A program made the position numbers and the translations under genes. Of a stretch of 64,000 nucleotides of DNA, positions 29,066 through 38,049 are shown in pieces. The stretch's first letter is position 1; every line of letters starts with the position of its first letter. The notes below the pieces were generated by a model. The model saw nothing but the letters and a program-made list of their open reading frames with translations. It was not told the origin of the DNA and did not search any database. Source of the DNA: a virus. Location of the stretch: positions 1 to 64,000 of the IMG/VR virus record IMGVR_UViG_3300001336_000010, one strand, 5' to 3'.

Positions 29066-29792
29066 AGACCATTTCCTTGTCAGGGTCTTTTTTCAAAGAT
29101 CCCTTCGCCCGCAGACCCACCACGCAGGGTGAGGGGTCCAAGAAACGAAGGTCATGATCATCACCGTCGATCACTGGAAATCCGAACAGGCTGCCACCGA
29201 TCTCGTCTGTGATCGCAGCGACGTTCATGCCCGCCCGGAGGACTTCCCTGGCGTAATGCTCGTTATTCTCGTGGAGGGAAAAGGTGAGGTGGTAATTACT
29301 TGGCCGGTCACGAAACATCCTCTTGTGGTGCTTCGTGTAGTCGTAGAACTGCGTGTCGGGGAAGTCACGGAAGATTTCCGGAAATTGACGCTCCCACTGC
29401 CAGTCCGAGAACACGTTCAGCCGGATGGCCGCGTCCTGGTTCCGGCTGATTTCCTTCCGAAGCTGGGCCATGAATTCGTCCCGGGCCCGGAAGAACCAGA
29501 TGGTGCGAAAGATCCGCCCCATCCAGATCGGGTTCGATCCGTCCCTGCGGACGAAATGCTCGGCACCGCGGCCGGAAGTGAAGATGCAGTGCTTCGTGCA
29601 TTCGGGGGAACGGGAGGCGCAAACCTCCCATCCCGATATGTCGGCCGGGGCCAGTGACAGGCCCAGACCTTTCCAGTTTTTCTTGGATGATTTGCGGAGC
29701 TTGACGTTCTCGTTGCTCAGCAACTTTTGGGGGCGCCAGCCCGCAACAAAGCGCGCTTCGGCTTCACGCCGAGCGTTGTCGTAGATATCCAT
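29025..29792 (-). CDS. Gp88-like phage protein (Cys cluster)
   Basis: LSLAPA...VCASRSPECTKHC...GRG, IRLNVFSD, QFYDYTK, NYHLTFS, DGDDHDLRFLD. Confidence 0.75.
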   Translation of the reverse strand: MDIYDNARREAEARFVAGWRPQKLLSNENVKLRKSSKKNWKGLGLSLAPADISGWEVCASRSPECTKHCIFTSGRGAEHFVRRDGSNPIWMGRIFRTIWFFRARDEFMAQLRKEISRNQDAAIRLNVFSDWQWERQFPEIFRDFPDTQFYDYTKHHKRMFRDRPSNYHLTFSLHENNEHYAREVLRAGMNVAAITDEIGGSLFGFPVIDGDDHDLRFLDPSPCVVGLRAKGSLKKDPDKEMVYATKKLEMEKFAA

Positions 29793-29820
29793 AAGATCCT
29801 CGCGGATGAGTGGTTGGGGT

Positions 29821-30126
29821 TTAGTGGAGCAGCTCGTCGATACGGTCGAGATAGATGGCCATCGCCATTGTGAGATCCTTCAGGTCGGCCTCGCGGGCCA
29901 TCTCCCGGATCTGGATGTCCTTGCGTGGGGTGAAGTTGGGCTTCACCTCCACTTCGGGTTCGGCCGGTGCCCCGACCAGATCGGTCAGGACGTCCAGCGC
30001 TGGTTGGACCAGGGGTTGAACCTCCTCGTAGCTGGCCTTGTTGGATTGGGCCGACTTGCTGATCAGCTCCAGGGTTTCGACGATTTTGGCGACCCGCTTC
30101 CGGTTCGTGTCGTTGTCAAAGCTCAT
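29821..30126 (-). CDS. Hypothetical protein
   Basis: Coupled ORF. Confidence 0.55.
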   Translation of the reverse strand: MSFDNDTNRKRVAKIVETLELISKSAQSNKASYEEVQPLVQPALDVLTDLVGAPAEPEVEVKPNFTPRKDIQIREMAREADLKDLTMAMAIYLDRIDELLH

Positions 30127-30484
30127 CGTCGGACACCCAGATCCAGGCCTGGACATACGCCCCCGGATCTTCGCCCTTGGAGACGATGGCCGTGCTATCG
30201 ATCTCCAGTTCTCCGTCCTTCTGGCGATCCATCGCGGCCTTCACATAGGGATCATCCGAGTTGTCGGGGGGAAAGACGTCATGCTCCACGACCTGGATGC
30301 TATCCATGAAGGATAGGCGGTCGCAGAGATGGTCAAAGCCCTCCCGCCAGTCTTCGGGAGCGGGATCGAACTCGAAATACGAGGAAACCCACTCGTGGGC
30401 CAGTTTGTCGGCCTCGGCCGCAGTGTTCACCACGACCGTGTCGACGCCAGAGTCGTCGTTGTATGTGATGGTCCAGATTTTCAT
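30116..30484 (-). CDS. Hypothetical protein
   Basis: DGELEID...GAYVQAWIWV. Confidence 0.6.
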   Translation of the reverse strand: MKIWTITYNDDSGVDTVVVNTAAEADKLAHEWVSSYFEFDPAPEDWREGFDHLCDRLSFMDSIQVVEHDVFPPDNSDDPYVKAAMDRQKDGELEIDSTAIVSKGEDPGAYVQAWIWVSDDEL

Positions 30485-30723
30485 GCCATGATACTCCCGG
30501 CTGCGCGGGCTGCATCAGCGTAGACTGACAGAGGATGCTCAGCAGTGAACCAGCGGTCGCACAGCCCGAACAGGATGTCGGGGTCTTCGGGGTCCATTTC
30601 AGTGATGAGCCAGGTGGCTGCGCCCCAAGGACAGAAGATCTTCAGGACTGGTTTGTAGTCCTCGCCGGGGGTGGCACCATTCTTGAGCAGCTGGCGCTCG
30701 ATTTCCTTGGTGATCAGTTTCAT
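30481..30723 (-). pseudogene. DUF2958-like protein with apparent internal deletion
   Basis: PVLKIFCPWGAATWLITEMD...LFGLCD jumps straight to RWFTAEHPLSVYA; the usual LG.G.PELGYV segment is missing. Confidence 0.65.
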
Positions 30724-30782
30724 GCTATCCTCCTTCGGATACGGGTTGAATTGGTAGCAAACGTCAGCGAACCGGTTGGGCA

Positions 30783-31034
30783 TCAGGAGTATTCGAGCTC
30801 CTCGATGAAGTGTTCGAGACGGTTGATCGTTTCTTCCCCAAGCCAGGAGACCGCCTCGTCCCTGCGTAGCTTGAGACCGTTCAGGGTCAGGTGATCGAAC
30901 TGAGCCGTCACCTGGATCCCTGCGGGCGCGAAGGGCTCCGCGGGGAAGCGTTCGACATCCAGTTCGAAACTGGCTGGAACCCCCTCGAGGTAGCCGTGTG
31001 GGGTGTCGATTTCGACTTCTGCTTCATACTGCAT
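30783..31034 (-). CDS. Hypothetical protein
   Basis: Coupled ORF. Confidence 0.5.
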   Translation of the reverse strand: MQYEAEVEIDTPHGYLEGVPASFELDVERFPAEPFAPAGIQVTAQFDHLTLNGLKLRRDEAVSWLGEETINRLEHFIEELEYS

Positions 31035-31359
31035 AGCTGAATAGCTCCCATGTCAGATTGTGGCCGGCCGCAGTCTTGAGCCGCAGTAGGCGGGTCAGAA
31101 ACTCGTCCGACTTGAAGTTGACGCTGATCTCGACGCCGGTGACGTCGCAGGGTTCGACCCCCACCATGGTGTGGCCGGAACTCGCCTGCCCGAAATCTCC
31201 GAACTCCCCGGTCACACGGATCGGTTTGCCCGCCAGGGCTTTGATCGGGATCAGGGTTTCCAACCCCTCCTGGTTCAGGATCGAAACCGAGTGCTGGTTG
31301 GCCCCAGCCGCAGTGACGCCGTAGAAAGTCCCCAAGGGGACGTCGATGTTGCGTTTCAT
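31024..31359 (-). CDS. Hypothetical protein
   Basis: Coupled ORF. Confidence 0.5.
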   Translation of the reverse strand: MKRNIDVPLGTFYGVTAAGANQHSVSILNQEGLETLIPIKALAGKPIRVTGEFGDFGQASSGHTMVGVEPCDVTGVEISVNFKSDEFLTRLLRLKTAAGHNLTWELFSYAV

Positions 31360-31943
31360 GTCAGATGTCCCTTGTTGATGGAGGTCAGGTATTCCCTAAC
31401 CATGTCGTGCGGGACGCCCTCCATCATTGGCCTGGAGATCACATCCTCCCAACAGGTTGGGGTATGCTGATCCAGGAGCATTTCAACGATCTCCTCGACC
31501 TCTTCTGGCGACCAGGGGTCATCGAGATCCGGCATCGGAGGGATCTCGCTGATAGGCGGGGGCTTATGCTCCCCCGTCACCTCACGGATTTCAAAATGCA
31601 GCGGGTTCACACAAAGCGGAGTGCCGCAGTGGTTGGCCATTTTGAATTCATAGGACGGTTTGTAGAGCAATAAGAAGAGAACGCGATGAACAGGGGTCTG
31701 TTTTTTCTGCCAGTTGATGACCCCGTATTGCCTTTCGTTGAAGACTTGGGTCACTCGGAGCCCTTGCTTTCGGCAGTTGATTGACTTGACCCTGCCATTC
31801 GAGGTTCTGGCCATTTTGGCCCCTGTCCAGGGGAGGCAGTCCATCGTCAGATCCTCATGGGGCACCTCCCCCAGGAGGATCTTCTCCAGGAGGGGGTAGT
31901 TGGTCTTCTCGGCCAGTCGTTTGAACAAGGTTTCACGGCGCAT
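31356..31943 (-). CDS. HNH-like (homing endonuclease-derived) protein
   Basis: CLPWTGA...YG...VHRV...HCGTPLCVNPLHF. Confidence 0.6.
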   Translation of the reverse strand: MRRETLFKRLAEKTNYPLLEKILLGEVPHEDLTMDCLPWTGAKMARTSNGRVKSINCRKQGLRVTQVFNERQYGVINWQKKQTPVHRVLFLLLYKPSYEFKMANHCGTPLCVNPLHFEIREVTGEHKPPPISEIPPMPDLDDPWSPEEVEEIVEMLLDQHTPTCWEDVISRPMMEGVPHDMVREYLTSINKGHLT

Positions 31944-32011
31944 CTTCAAGGTTCTCCCACAAGGCAATTTCGGCTGGGTCTGTCGGGCCGATCCAGTCAC
32001 TAGCATGAGGC

Positions 32012-32365
32012 TCAACCCCCCACCGTTTCTGCGAAGACCGCCCCAGGGTAGGCTTCTTCGAGGGTTCGGTGAACTTCCTCAACCTCGGCCCAGGTCAGGT
32101 CTTCCCATTCCTGGAATGGATCCTCGCCGTCGGGGCGCAGAACCACGTCGAAGTGGGTGATTTCTTCACCGACTTGCGCCGCAGTGTCGCCGTTCATGGC
32201 GAAGGTCTCAACCATAAGTTGTTTGCCGAATGCATCGGCCAGCCGGGCCATCTTGCGCATCTCGGCCCGGGCTTGAACCACGCCTTCGGCGTTGCCCTTG
32301 GTCAGCAGGGCTTCAATGACGCTGCACATATCCTCCCAATTGGGCTTGATGTTGATCGTTTTCAT
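32012..32365 (-). CDS. Hypothetical protein
   Basis: ORF with RBS AAGGA. Confidence 0.5.
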   Translation of the reverse strand: MKTINIKPNWEDMCSVIEALLTKGNAEGVVQARAEMRKMARLADAFGKQLMVETFAMNGDTAAQVGEEITHFDVVLRPDGEDPFQEWEDLTWAEVEEVHRTLEEAYPGAVFAETVGG

Positions 32366-32529
32366 GTTTGGATTCCTTCGATTTGAAACTCACTGTTGTC
32401 GACTTCGGTCAGATCGAAGTCTTCAGGGTCGCCATTCTCGATTTGAGCGATGGCATCCTCTGCCGTCTCGGCTTGCACGACGCAGAGGTAGTAGACGGTC
32501 TGAGACCGGGTGAGATTGAAGTCCTTCAT
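32362..32529 (-). CDS. Small acidic hypothetical protein
   Basis: Hand-translated MKDFNLTRSQTVYYLCVVQAETAEDAIAQIENGD...; ATGA overlaps on both sides. Confidence 0.55.
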   Translation of the reverse strand: MKDFNLTRSQTVYYLCVVQAETAEDAIAQIENGDPEDFDLTEVDNSEFQIEGIQT

Positions 32530-32924
32530 GGAGACACCCTCGCGCTGTCGGGCCCCAGACTGACGCTCACCGGCTCATCCTCGCCCGGGGCGTAACAGTG
32601 GACGCGGACCTCGCCGTTCTCGACCTCGATCCAGATCGAGGCCCCGGTTTCGAAAAGGAGATCAACGCGGATGGCCTCTTGCTCGATCAAGTATTCGACT
32701 GAGGTTCCGTCTTCAGGATCCCAAGACTCGAGGGTTTGCGGGGCCAGTTCGAAATGATCAACGGTGCCTGCAATGAGTTCGGAAAGATCATCTCCAACCA
32801 GAGCCCACTCGTGGTCGTCATTCACGACCTGGAATTCGCCGGGGGACTCAGGGTTGACCTTGGGATCCCGTGGCCCAATTTTGAAGCCATTATTGTGCAA
32901 CAGAATTTTGTTCATGTCTGGCAT
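32526..32924 (-). CDS. Hypothetical protein
   Basis: Coupled ORF. Confidence 0.5.
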   Translation of the reverse strand: MPDMNKILLHNNGFKIGPRDPKVNPESPGEFQVVNDDHEWALVGDDLSELIAGTVDHFELAPQTLESWDPEDGTSVEYLIEQEAIRVDLLFETGASIWIEVENGEVRVHCYAPGEDEPVSVSLGPDSARVSP

Positions 32925-33364
32925 TTGATTGCCGCTCCTATCAGTTTTTCCTGAACGCCGGCATAGCGCTTGCGCAGTGCCCGCTGGATGTGTCGGTTGA
33001 GGTGAAGCCAGCGTTTCGGGTCCAGATTGTCCCGCTGATCGGCCAGCTTCACCTTGATGGCGCGAATGTTTCCAGACGCGCAGATCCGGTCTACATATTC
33101 CGCATAGGTCATCTCCTTCTTGTTGTGGGTGAGCAGGGCGACGGTCTCGACCACCTCGGGGGGATAGAGAACCGCCAGATCGTCCAGGGTCACGTCGGTG
33201 TCCTCGACGATGTCGTGTAGCCAGGCTGCATGCTGGGTGGCCTCGTCCTCGTCCTTGAGAAAGGAGGCGACCCGCATCATGTGGTCAGCCATCGGCACAC
33301 CACCGCGGTCCTCCTGGCCCGCGAATTTCTCGCGGACCAGGGCTTCGGTTTCATGCAGGTTCAT
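32912..33364 (-). CDS. HD-domain protein, RelA/SpoT hydrolase-like
   Basis: HMMRVA...AAWLHDIVEDT...LLTH...VKLADQRDNL. Confidence 0.85.
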   Translation of the reverse strand: MNLHETEALVREKFAGQEDRGGVPMADHMMRVASFLKDEDEATQHAAWLHDIVEDTDVTLDDLAVLYPPEVVETVALLTHNKKEMTYAEYVDRICASGNIRAIKVKLADQRDNLDPKRWLHLNRHIQRALRKRYAGVQEKLIGAAIKCQT

Positions 33365-33926
33365 TTTCGAGATCCAGGAATTCTTCGCTGGTTGGCAGGT
33401 TGTCGAGGAGGTAGGTGGCGACCAGAGAGACCGGACGATAATACTCGGCGCTCGGGTCGTCCATTTCAGCGAAACGGCCAGTGCAGCCTTCAGTGCGGAA
33501 GCCGCTGTAGACCTCGAACGTGTTTGCATCGAGATCAATCACATAGGCCCATTCACAGAACATGCCTTCGGCAGCGAAATCGAGACTGTCTTTCAGTGCC
33601 AGTCCCCCGTTGTCGAGGACCAGCTGGAGGACACCAGCGCCGGTGCTGCGGTGCAGCTCCGGGAATTTTTCGTCGAACCTGTCGGAGATAGCCATTGTGG
33701 CCCAACCACTGTCATCCGCCCCGACTTCCTGCCAGCGGTCCCAGATCTCTTCCTCCGAGAGGAAGCTGCAATTCCCGACAGCGGCTTTGAACCGATCCAG
33801 CGGCGTCTTCCGCAGAAAGTTCAGTGCGGTCAGGCCCTGGCCACCTGGGTAGCCGTCCCACTGGCAGTATTGCGCGACTTTGTGTTCGCCGTTCAGATAG
33901 ACGGCGGTCAGATTACGGGTTCCCAT
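33351..33926 (-). CDS. Hypothetical phage protein
   Basis: MGTRNLT...AQYCQWDGYP...FCEWAYVIDLD. Confidence 0.7.
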   Translation of the reverse strand: MGTRNLTAVYLNGEHKVAQYCQWDGYPGGQGLTALNFLRKTPLDRFKAAVGNCSFLSEEEIWDRWQEVGADDSGWATMAISDRFDEKFPELHRSTGAGVLQLVLDNGGLALKDSLDFAAEGMFCEWAYVIDLDANTFEVYSGFRTEGCTGRFAEMDDPSAEYYRPVSLVATYLLDNLPTSEEFLDLENEPA

Positions 33927-34084
33927 CAGATGGTCTCCTTGTAGATTTCGTGGCAGAATTGGTTGTCGGTGTGGTCCGAGATCAGATCTTCGCCGTCATT
34001 GACCGAGATGGTCAGCCCGCGGCTCAGGATGGCGTCGATCAGCTTGTTGACGATCCGGGTTTCAGTGGGGGAGAGATATCTCAT
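33926..34084 (-). pseudogene. Short hypothetical gene, probably internally deleted
   Basis: ISVNDGE is joined directly to DLISDHTDN; 52 aa. Confidence 0.4.
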
Positions 34085-34479
34085 ATGATCTCGAGCCCCC
34101 GGAGGTAGCTGGTGTCGATCCACTTCTGCCAGCGGTCGGCGGTGTCAAAACCGTGGCGGGCTTCGTCCATCGTGAGCAGAAGGCCTTCTTCGTCCCGACA
34201 GTATCGGGCATACTGTCCCGTTTCTGCGTTGTAGAGCTCGAAGCCTGCGTTGTAAGCGTCCCCTGCTTCATAGGTCCAGATGAACGAGAGTTTGTTCGCC
34301 TTCAGAAGGTTGTAGACATCATGGTCGAGCTCCCCGTAATTGACCTCGTCGAAGGTCATGAAACCTTCAACCATGGTCTCTGGTCCCATGATCTCCTTGA
34401 TCTGGGAGAGCAGTGCCTCCCAGTGTGGCTTCTGGACCCGCCCGATTACGGACAGTGTGCAGTATGTGCGGTCACCCAT
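34081..34479 (-). CDS. Hypothetical protein
   Basis: MGDRTY...FDEVNYGEL; preceded by the SD hairpin. Confidence 0.65.
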   Translation of the reverse strand: MGDRTYCTLSVIGRVQKPHWEALLSQIKEIMGPETMVEGFMTFDEVNYGELDHDVYNLLKANKLSFIWTYEAGDAYNAGFELYNAETGQYARYCRDEEGLLLTMDEARHGFDTADRWQKWIDTSYLRGLEII

Positions 34480-34548
34480 GTGATCCTCCATTGGATTTGG
34501 TCCAGCCACCGAGGTGTGGCGGCTGGATGGTGTCATGCGGGTCGTCCG

Positions 34549-34887
34549 TCACAGCGGAACGGTGCCCACCTTGCGAAGCGGGGTTTTCAAGACCAGCGGG
34601 TCGTTGCATTTGGTGTCGACTTCGTTCACCCGATAGAGGGTCGTCCCGCCGACCAGGATGTCTCCGACCTCGACGGACCCCTGGTCCACCTCGATGTGGT
34701 ATCTCCGGCTCTCAGCCGCGCCGATCGCGATCGTGTAGGGAACCACTTCTTCGAGGGTCGCTGGGTCAAAGGCTTTGACGCCACCCCCGCCCTTGAGCTC
34801 GAGGACCAGCCAGTTGCGGCTGTCCTTGGCCAGCAATGTGCCGTACTGATCGTCCTTGGTTTTGTAGATGGGCTTCGCTTTTGTCAT
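34549..34887 (-). CDS. Hypothetical protein
   Basis: ATG at 34887 with RBS AAGGAG. Confidence 0.6.
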   Translation of the reverse strand: MTKAKPIYKTKDDQYGTLLAKDSRNWLVLELKGGGGVKAFDPATLEEVVPYTIAIGAAESRRYHIEVDQGSVEVGDILVGGTTLYRVNEVDTKCNDPLVLKTPLRKVGTVPL

Positions 34888-35025
34888 GGACTTCTCCTTC
34901 TCTGTCTTGACAAGTTCAAAATGTGCTGCAGCGCGGTTGATGCAGCTGTGATGGGTCTTGATGTAATGGGTGGTGATCGTGTGAGGTTTCACCCAGACCA
35001 CCCTCTGGTGAGCGAAGCCGGAACG

Positions 35026-35238
35026 CAGCATGTCATCGGCCTCGGCAAAAGCTGGTAATCCCGAGAACCAGATCCGCGGGTCACCTTGCTTGGTCTTCGG
35101 CCTGTAGAGCGAGACCCGCGACACCGTGGCCCGATCCACGTCGACCAATCTCGCGTCCAGTTGCTCCCCGTGTTCGCTGGCGCCCAGACCTTGGCCATCG
35201 TAGTCGTGAAGTCCATGATCGCGAAGGTAGTTTCTTAA
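35026..35238 (-). pseudogene. Fragment of an MvaI/BcnI-family restriction endonuclease
   Basis: LRNYLRDHGLHDYDGQG...SLYRPKTKQGDPRIWFSGL; no start codon, abuts the MTase stop codon. Confidence 0.65.
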
Positions 35239-36662
35239 TTGAGTGCGTTATCCAAGATATTGCGGAAGTGTCGACCGACTGCTTCGGCTAAACCGACGGG
35301 TACCGCGTTTCCAATCTGCGTGTACTTTGGAACTTCCCGGTCGAACAACCCCTCAAGGGGGTTGCCAGCCCGCCGCAGGCCACCAGTGGTGCGTTTACCC
35401 TTAAATTGGTACCAGTCAGGGAATAGCTGCAAGCGAGCCCATTCGCGAACCGTCAGGACCCGTGGCTGACTAAAATGGACGTAATCGTCTGGGAGAGACG
35501 TCGCAGTGATATTCGGCGAGTGGTTGCCCCAGCGGGCACGCAACACTCTCTGATAAAACTTCTTGGTCTTGAATTGTTCGGGGATCTCACCGTCGTTGAT
35601 CAGCATGTGCGAGAATTTCTCGACAACGGCCAATTTGTGCTTGCTGTACTCCTGATCCGTCAGGACGACCTTCATGTCAGGCGCCCACTCCGGGGGACGT
35701 CGCAGGGTCTCGGCGACGCCGGGTTTCGGTTTGCGGGGGTACTTTGTGGTTTCGAAGACTCCTTTTTGGAAGTCTTGCGAACGCAGGATCTCTTCGACGC
35801 GATCGTCAACGAGGTCTCCCAAGAGATCAACCAAGTCGGGATAGGGGCGCTCTCCTGCTGCTGGAAGGAAGCGGCACTTCACGGCATCCTCGGGATGTGC
35901 ATTCGGGTCGAGGAGATCCGAGGAGGAGACGATATCCTTCCGAATCCCGACCAACAGGACTCGCGGTCGATTCTGCGGAACGCCGTAATCTTTCGCGTAG
36001 ACGAGCTTCCAGCGTACCTCGTACCCGGGGATCGACTTGAACTCCGCGAACACGTCCGGCCAGATCGGCTCGCCACCCTCCTTTGTCCACTTCGCATTCA
36101 AGAGACCGCGCACGTTCTCGAACAGGAAAACCCTCGGACGAAGGCGGCGAATGATTTCAGCCATCCTTTGGTACAACTGGTTCGACGGGATCTCCCTACG
36201 ATCTACTGCGTATGAACGCCGTATCCCGATCCCGGAATATCCCTGGCAGGGTGGGCCGCCGGTTAGCACGTCTAGGGAGCTTCCACCCCCGGCTTTCGTG
36301 CTCACGGTGTCGAATTTCAGACCGATCTCGCCGAGGTTGGCGAGGTCGGCCACGAGTTGTTCAAGGCGTTTTCCCTGCAGTTCGTGCGCGTCGTTGCACC
36401 TAAGCGAGGCATTCGCGGAAAATTTTTGTCCCCCGAGTTCGTGCTGCCGGTTCGCGAGGTATGTGGCCATCGCATGTTCGTTCAGCTCGTTCACGAAGGC
36501 GGGGGTGAAACCTGCATTTTCGAAGCCTAGCGACAGCCCGCCACAGCCCGCAAAAAGGTCGACCATGCCATACACGCGAGACTTGGAGCGGACGCTCTTC
36601 GCGTTGGACGCCCCGTGTTGTTCTGTCGTGTCGTGCGTGGCCGGAATTTGCAGCATGCTCAC
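35235..36662 (-). CDS. dcm: DNA (cytosine-5)-methyltransferase
   Basis: DLFAGCGG, GGPPCQGYS, FENV, PQNRPR, RVLTVREWARLQLFPD, IGNAVP. Confidence 0.95.
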   Translation of the reverse strand: MSMLQIPATHDTTEQHGASNAKSVRSKSRVYGMVDLFAGCGGLSLGFENAGFTPAFVNELNEHAMATYLANRQHELGGQKFSANASLRCNDAHELQGKRLEQLVADLANLGEIGLKFDTVSTKAGGGSSLDVLTGGPPCQGYSGIGIRRSYAVDRREIPSNQLYQRMAEIIRRLRPRVFLFENVRGLLNAKWTKEGGEPIWPDVFAEFKSIPGYEVRWKLVYAKDYGVPQNRPRVLLVGIRKDIVSSSDLLDPNAHPEDAVKCRFLPAAGERPYPDLVDLLGDLVDDRVEEILRSQDFQKGVFETTKYPRKPKPGVAETLRRPPEWAPDMKVVLTDQEYSKHKLAVVEKFSHMLINDGEIPEQFKTKKFYQRVLRARWGNHSPNITATSLPDDYVHFSQPRVLTVREWARLQLFPDWYQFKGKRTTGGLRRAGNPLEGLFDREVPKYTQIGNAVPVGLAEAVGRHFRNILDNALN

Positions 36663-36767
36663 CTCAGGTTTTTAGTGCCGTTTGCTTCGTGGCACCGATA
36701 GCATATGTGGCGGGTGCTGTCCAGGCGAAAACCGGATATAGTGCCCATCGATCGCGCGCCCGTTGGC

Positions 36768-37319
36768 TCATGGCACGGGCGCCACCTGATCATTCGACGA
36801 CCTCCACGAAGCCACCGAATGACTGCGTTTGAACGTGTCCATCTGCGCCTCCTGGATAGATGCCAGGATTTCGGTAGGCACCTCTGGTTGGACCTTCTCG
36901 GTCGCCAGAGCATTCATCCACAGCAGTGGATAGTGGTTCTCTTCGAGATACTCGCTGCCACGACACTTCGGGCACCAACCACCAGTCTGGTCCATGTGGC
37001 CACAGTAGCCGCACTTGAAGAACTGCCGGCGATACTCGTTCAGCTCTTCGAGGTTGATGATGTAATGGCCCCAACGACAACGGCGGTTGATCGACATGTA
37101 GTCGGCCCAGTCATGGATCCGGACGCCACAGGTCGTGTTGACCTGGTCATCGAACAAGTGCTGGGGATCGACTTCGAACTCGTGCGTCCCGGGCTGGTGG
37201 AACCCACCGCCCCCATTGCCCCAGACATTGAAGTGCTCGTGAGCAGTGTCGAAAAGATGTCTCGGGTAGTCCGGGTCATCGACTGTAACTGGGCCGTAGC
37301 CCACGACTTGGATTTTCAT
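36768..37319 (-). CDS. Zinc-ribbon hypothetical protein, probably 3'-truncated by the MTase insert
   Basis: CGYCG...CPKC; the C-terminus runs into the MTase upstream region. Confidence 0.55.
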   Translation of the reverse strand: MKIQVVGYGPVTVDDPDYPRHLFDTAHEHFNVWGNGGGGFHQPGTHEFEVDPQHLFDDQVNTTCGVRIHDWADYMSINRRCRWGHYIINLEELNEYRRQFFKCGYCGHMDQTGGWCPKCRGSEYLEENHYPLLWMNALATEKVQPEVPTEILASIQEAQMDTFKRSHSVASWRSSNDQVAPVP

Positions 37320-37388
37320 GCTATCCTCCTACGGATACTTTGGACCTAGCAGTGGCTCGAAAGTCCTGCTAGGTCCGATTTCGGGAAA

Positions 37389-37792
37389 TCACCAAGAGGA
37401 ATCGTATTCGAAATCCCACTTGTTTACGGGGAAGAGCTCCAGCACCCGGTCGATCTCGCTGACCGTGTATTCCAGGTCTTTGAGATACCACTCGTCGTAT
37501 TCGGTGGCGCCAAAGAAGAACCCCGACTGGGTCGGGAGGGTCTCTGCGGCCGTCTCTGGGTTGTCCAGAACCCCTTGGCAGACGTTGCGCAGCTGGGTGA
37601 GCTGCTCCCGGCTGACCTGGTGGGGACGATGTCCACGAACCACTTGTGGATGGCGTTGGCCTTGCGCCAGTAGATCGCCTCGCACGCGATCGAGGTGATC
37701 TTGGCCCCGGCCGGGATCAGATCCGGCAGTTGGGGTTGGTGTTCGTCGAACCAGATGATCCGGTTCGCTTTGAGAAACATGTCAAGTCCCAT
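37389..37792 (-). pseudogene. Frameshifted hypothetical phage gene
   Basis: MGLDM...YWRKANAIHKWFVDIV in one frame continues as HQVSREQL...LPTQSGFFFG..YDEWY...YDSSW in another (shift near 37625). Confidence 0.75.
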
Positions 37793-37824
37793 TTGATCCT
37801 CCTACGGATTTCAGATTTCAGATT

Positions 37825-38049
37825 TCAGGCGTTCTGCAGTTTCTCCAGAACGATTTGCAGGTCTGTGATCCCGAGCTTGATGCGCTGGATCGCAGTATCC
37901 CGGTCGAAGCATTCCTCATCGTCGGAAAGCTCGGCCAGGACGAACGAGAGCAGGGCATCCCCGTGCTTGTCGTCGTAGCGATATTCGGGGATGTCCGAGA
38001 ACTCACCGAAGGCATAGACCTTCAGGGCTTCCTTCTGGAACTGGTTCAT
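37825..38049 (-). CDS. Hypothetical protein
   Basis: TGATG-coupled to the ligase gene. Confidence 0.55.
   Translation of the reverse strand: MNQFQKEALKVYAFGEFSDIPEYRYDDKHGDALLSFVLAELSDDEECFDRDTAIQRIKLGITDLQIVLEKLQNA

Noticed and set aside
34549-35148. 199-aa ORF as a single gene
   Set aside because: In-frame chimera of the endonuclease remnant, another fragment and a real gene starting at 34887
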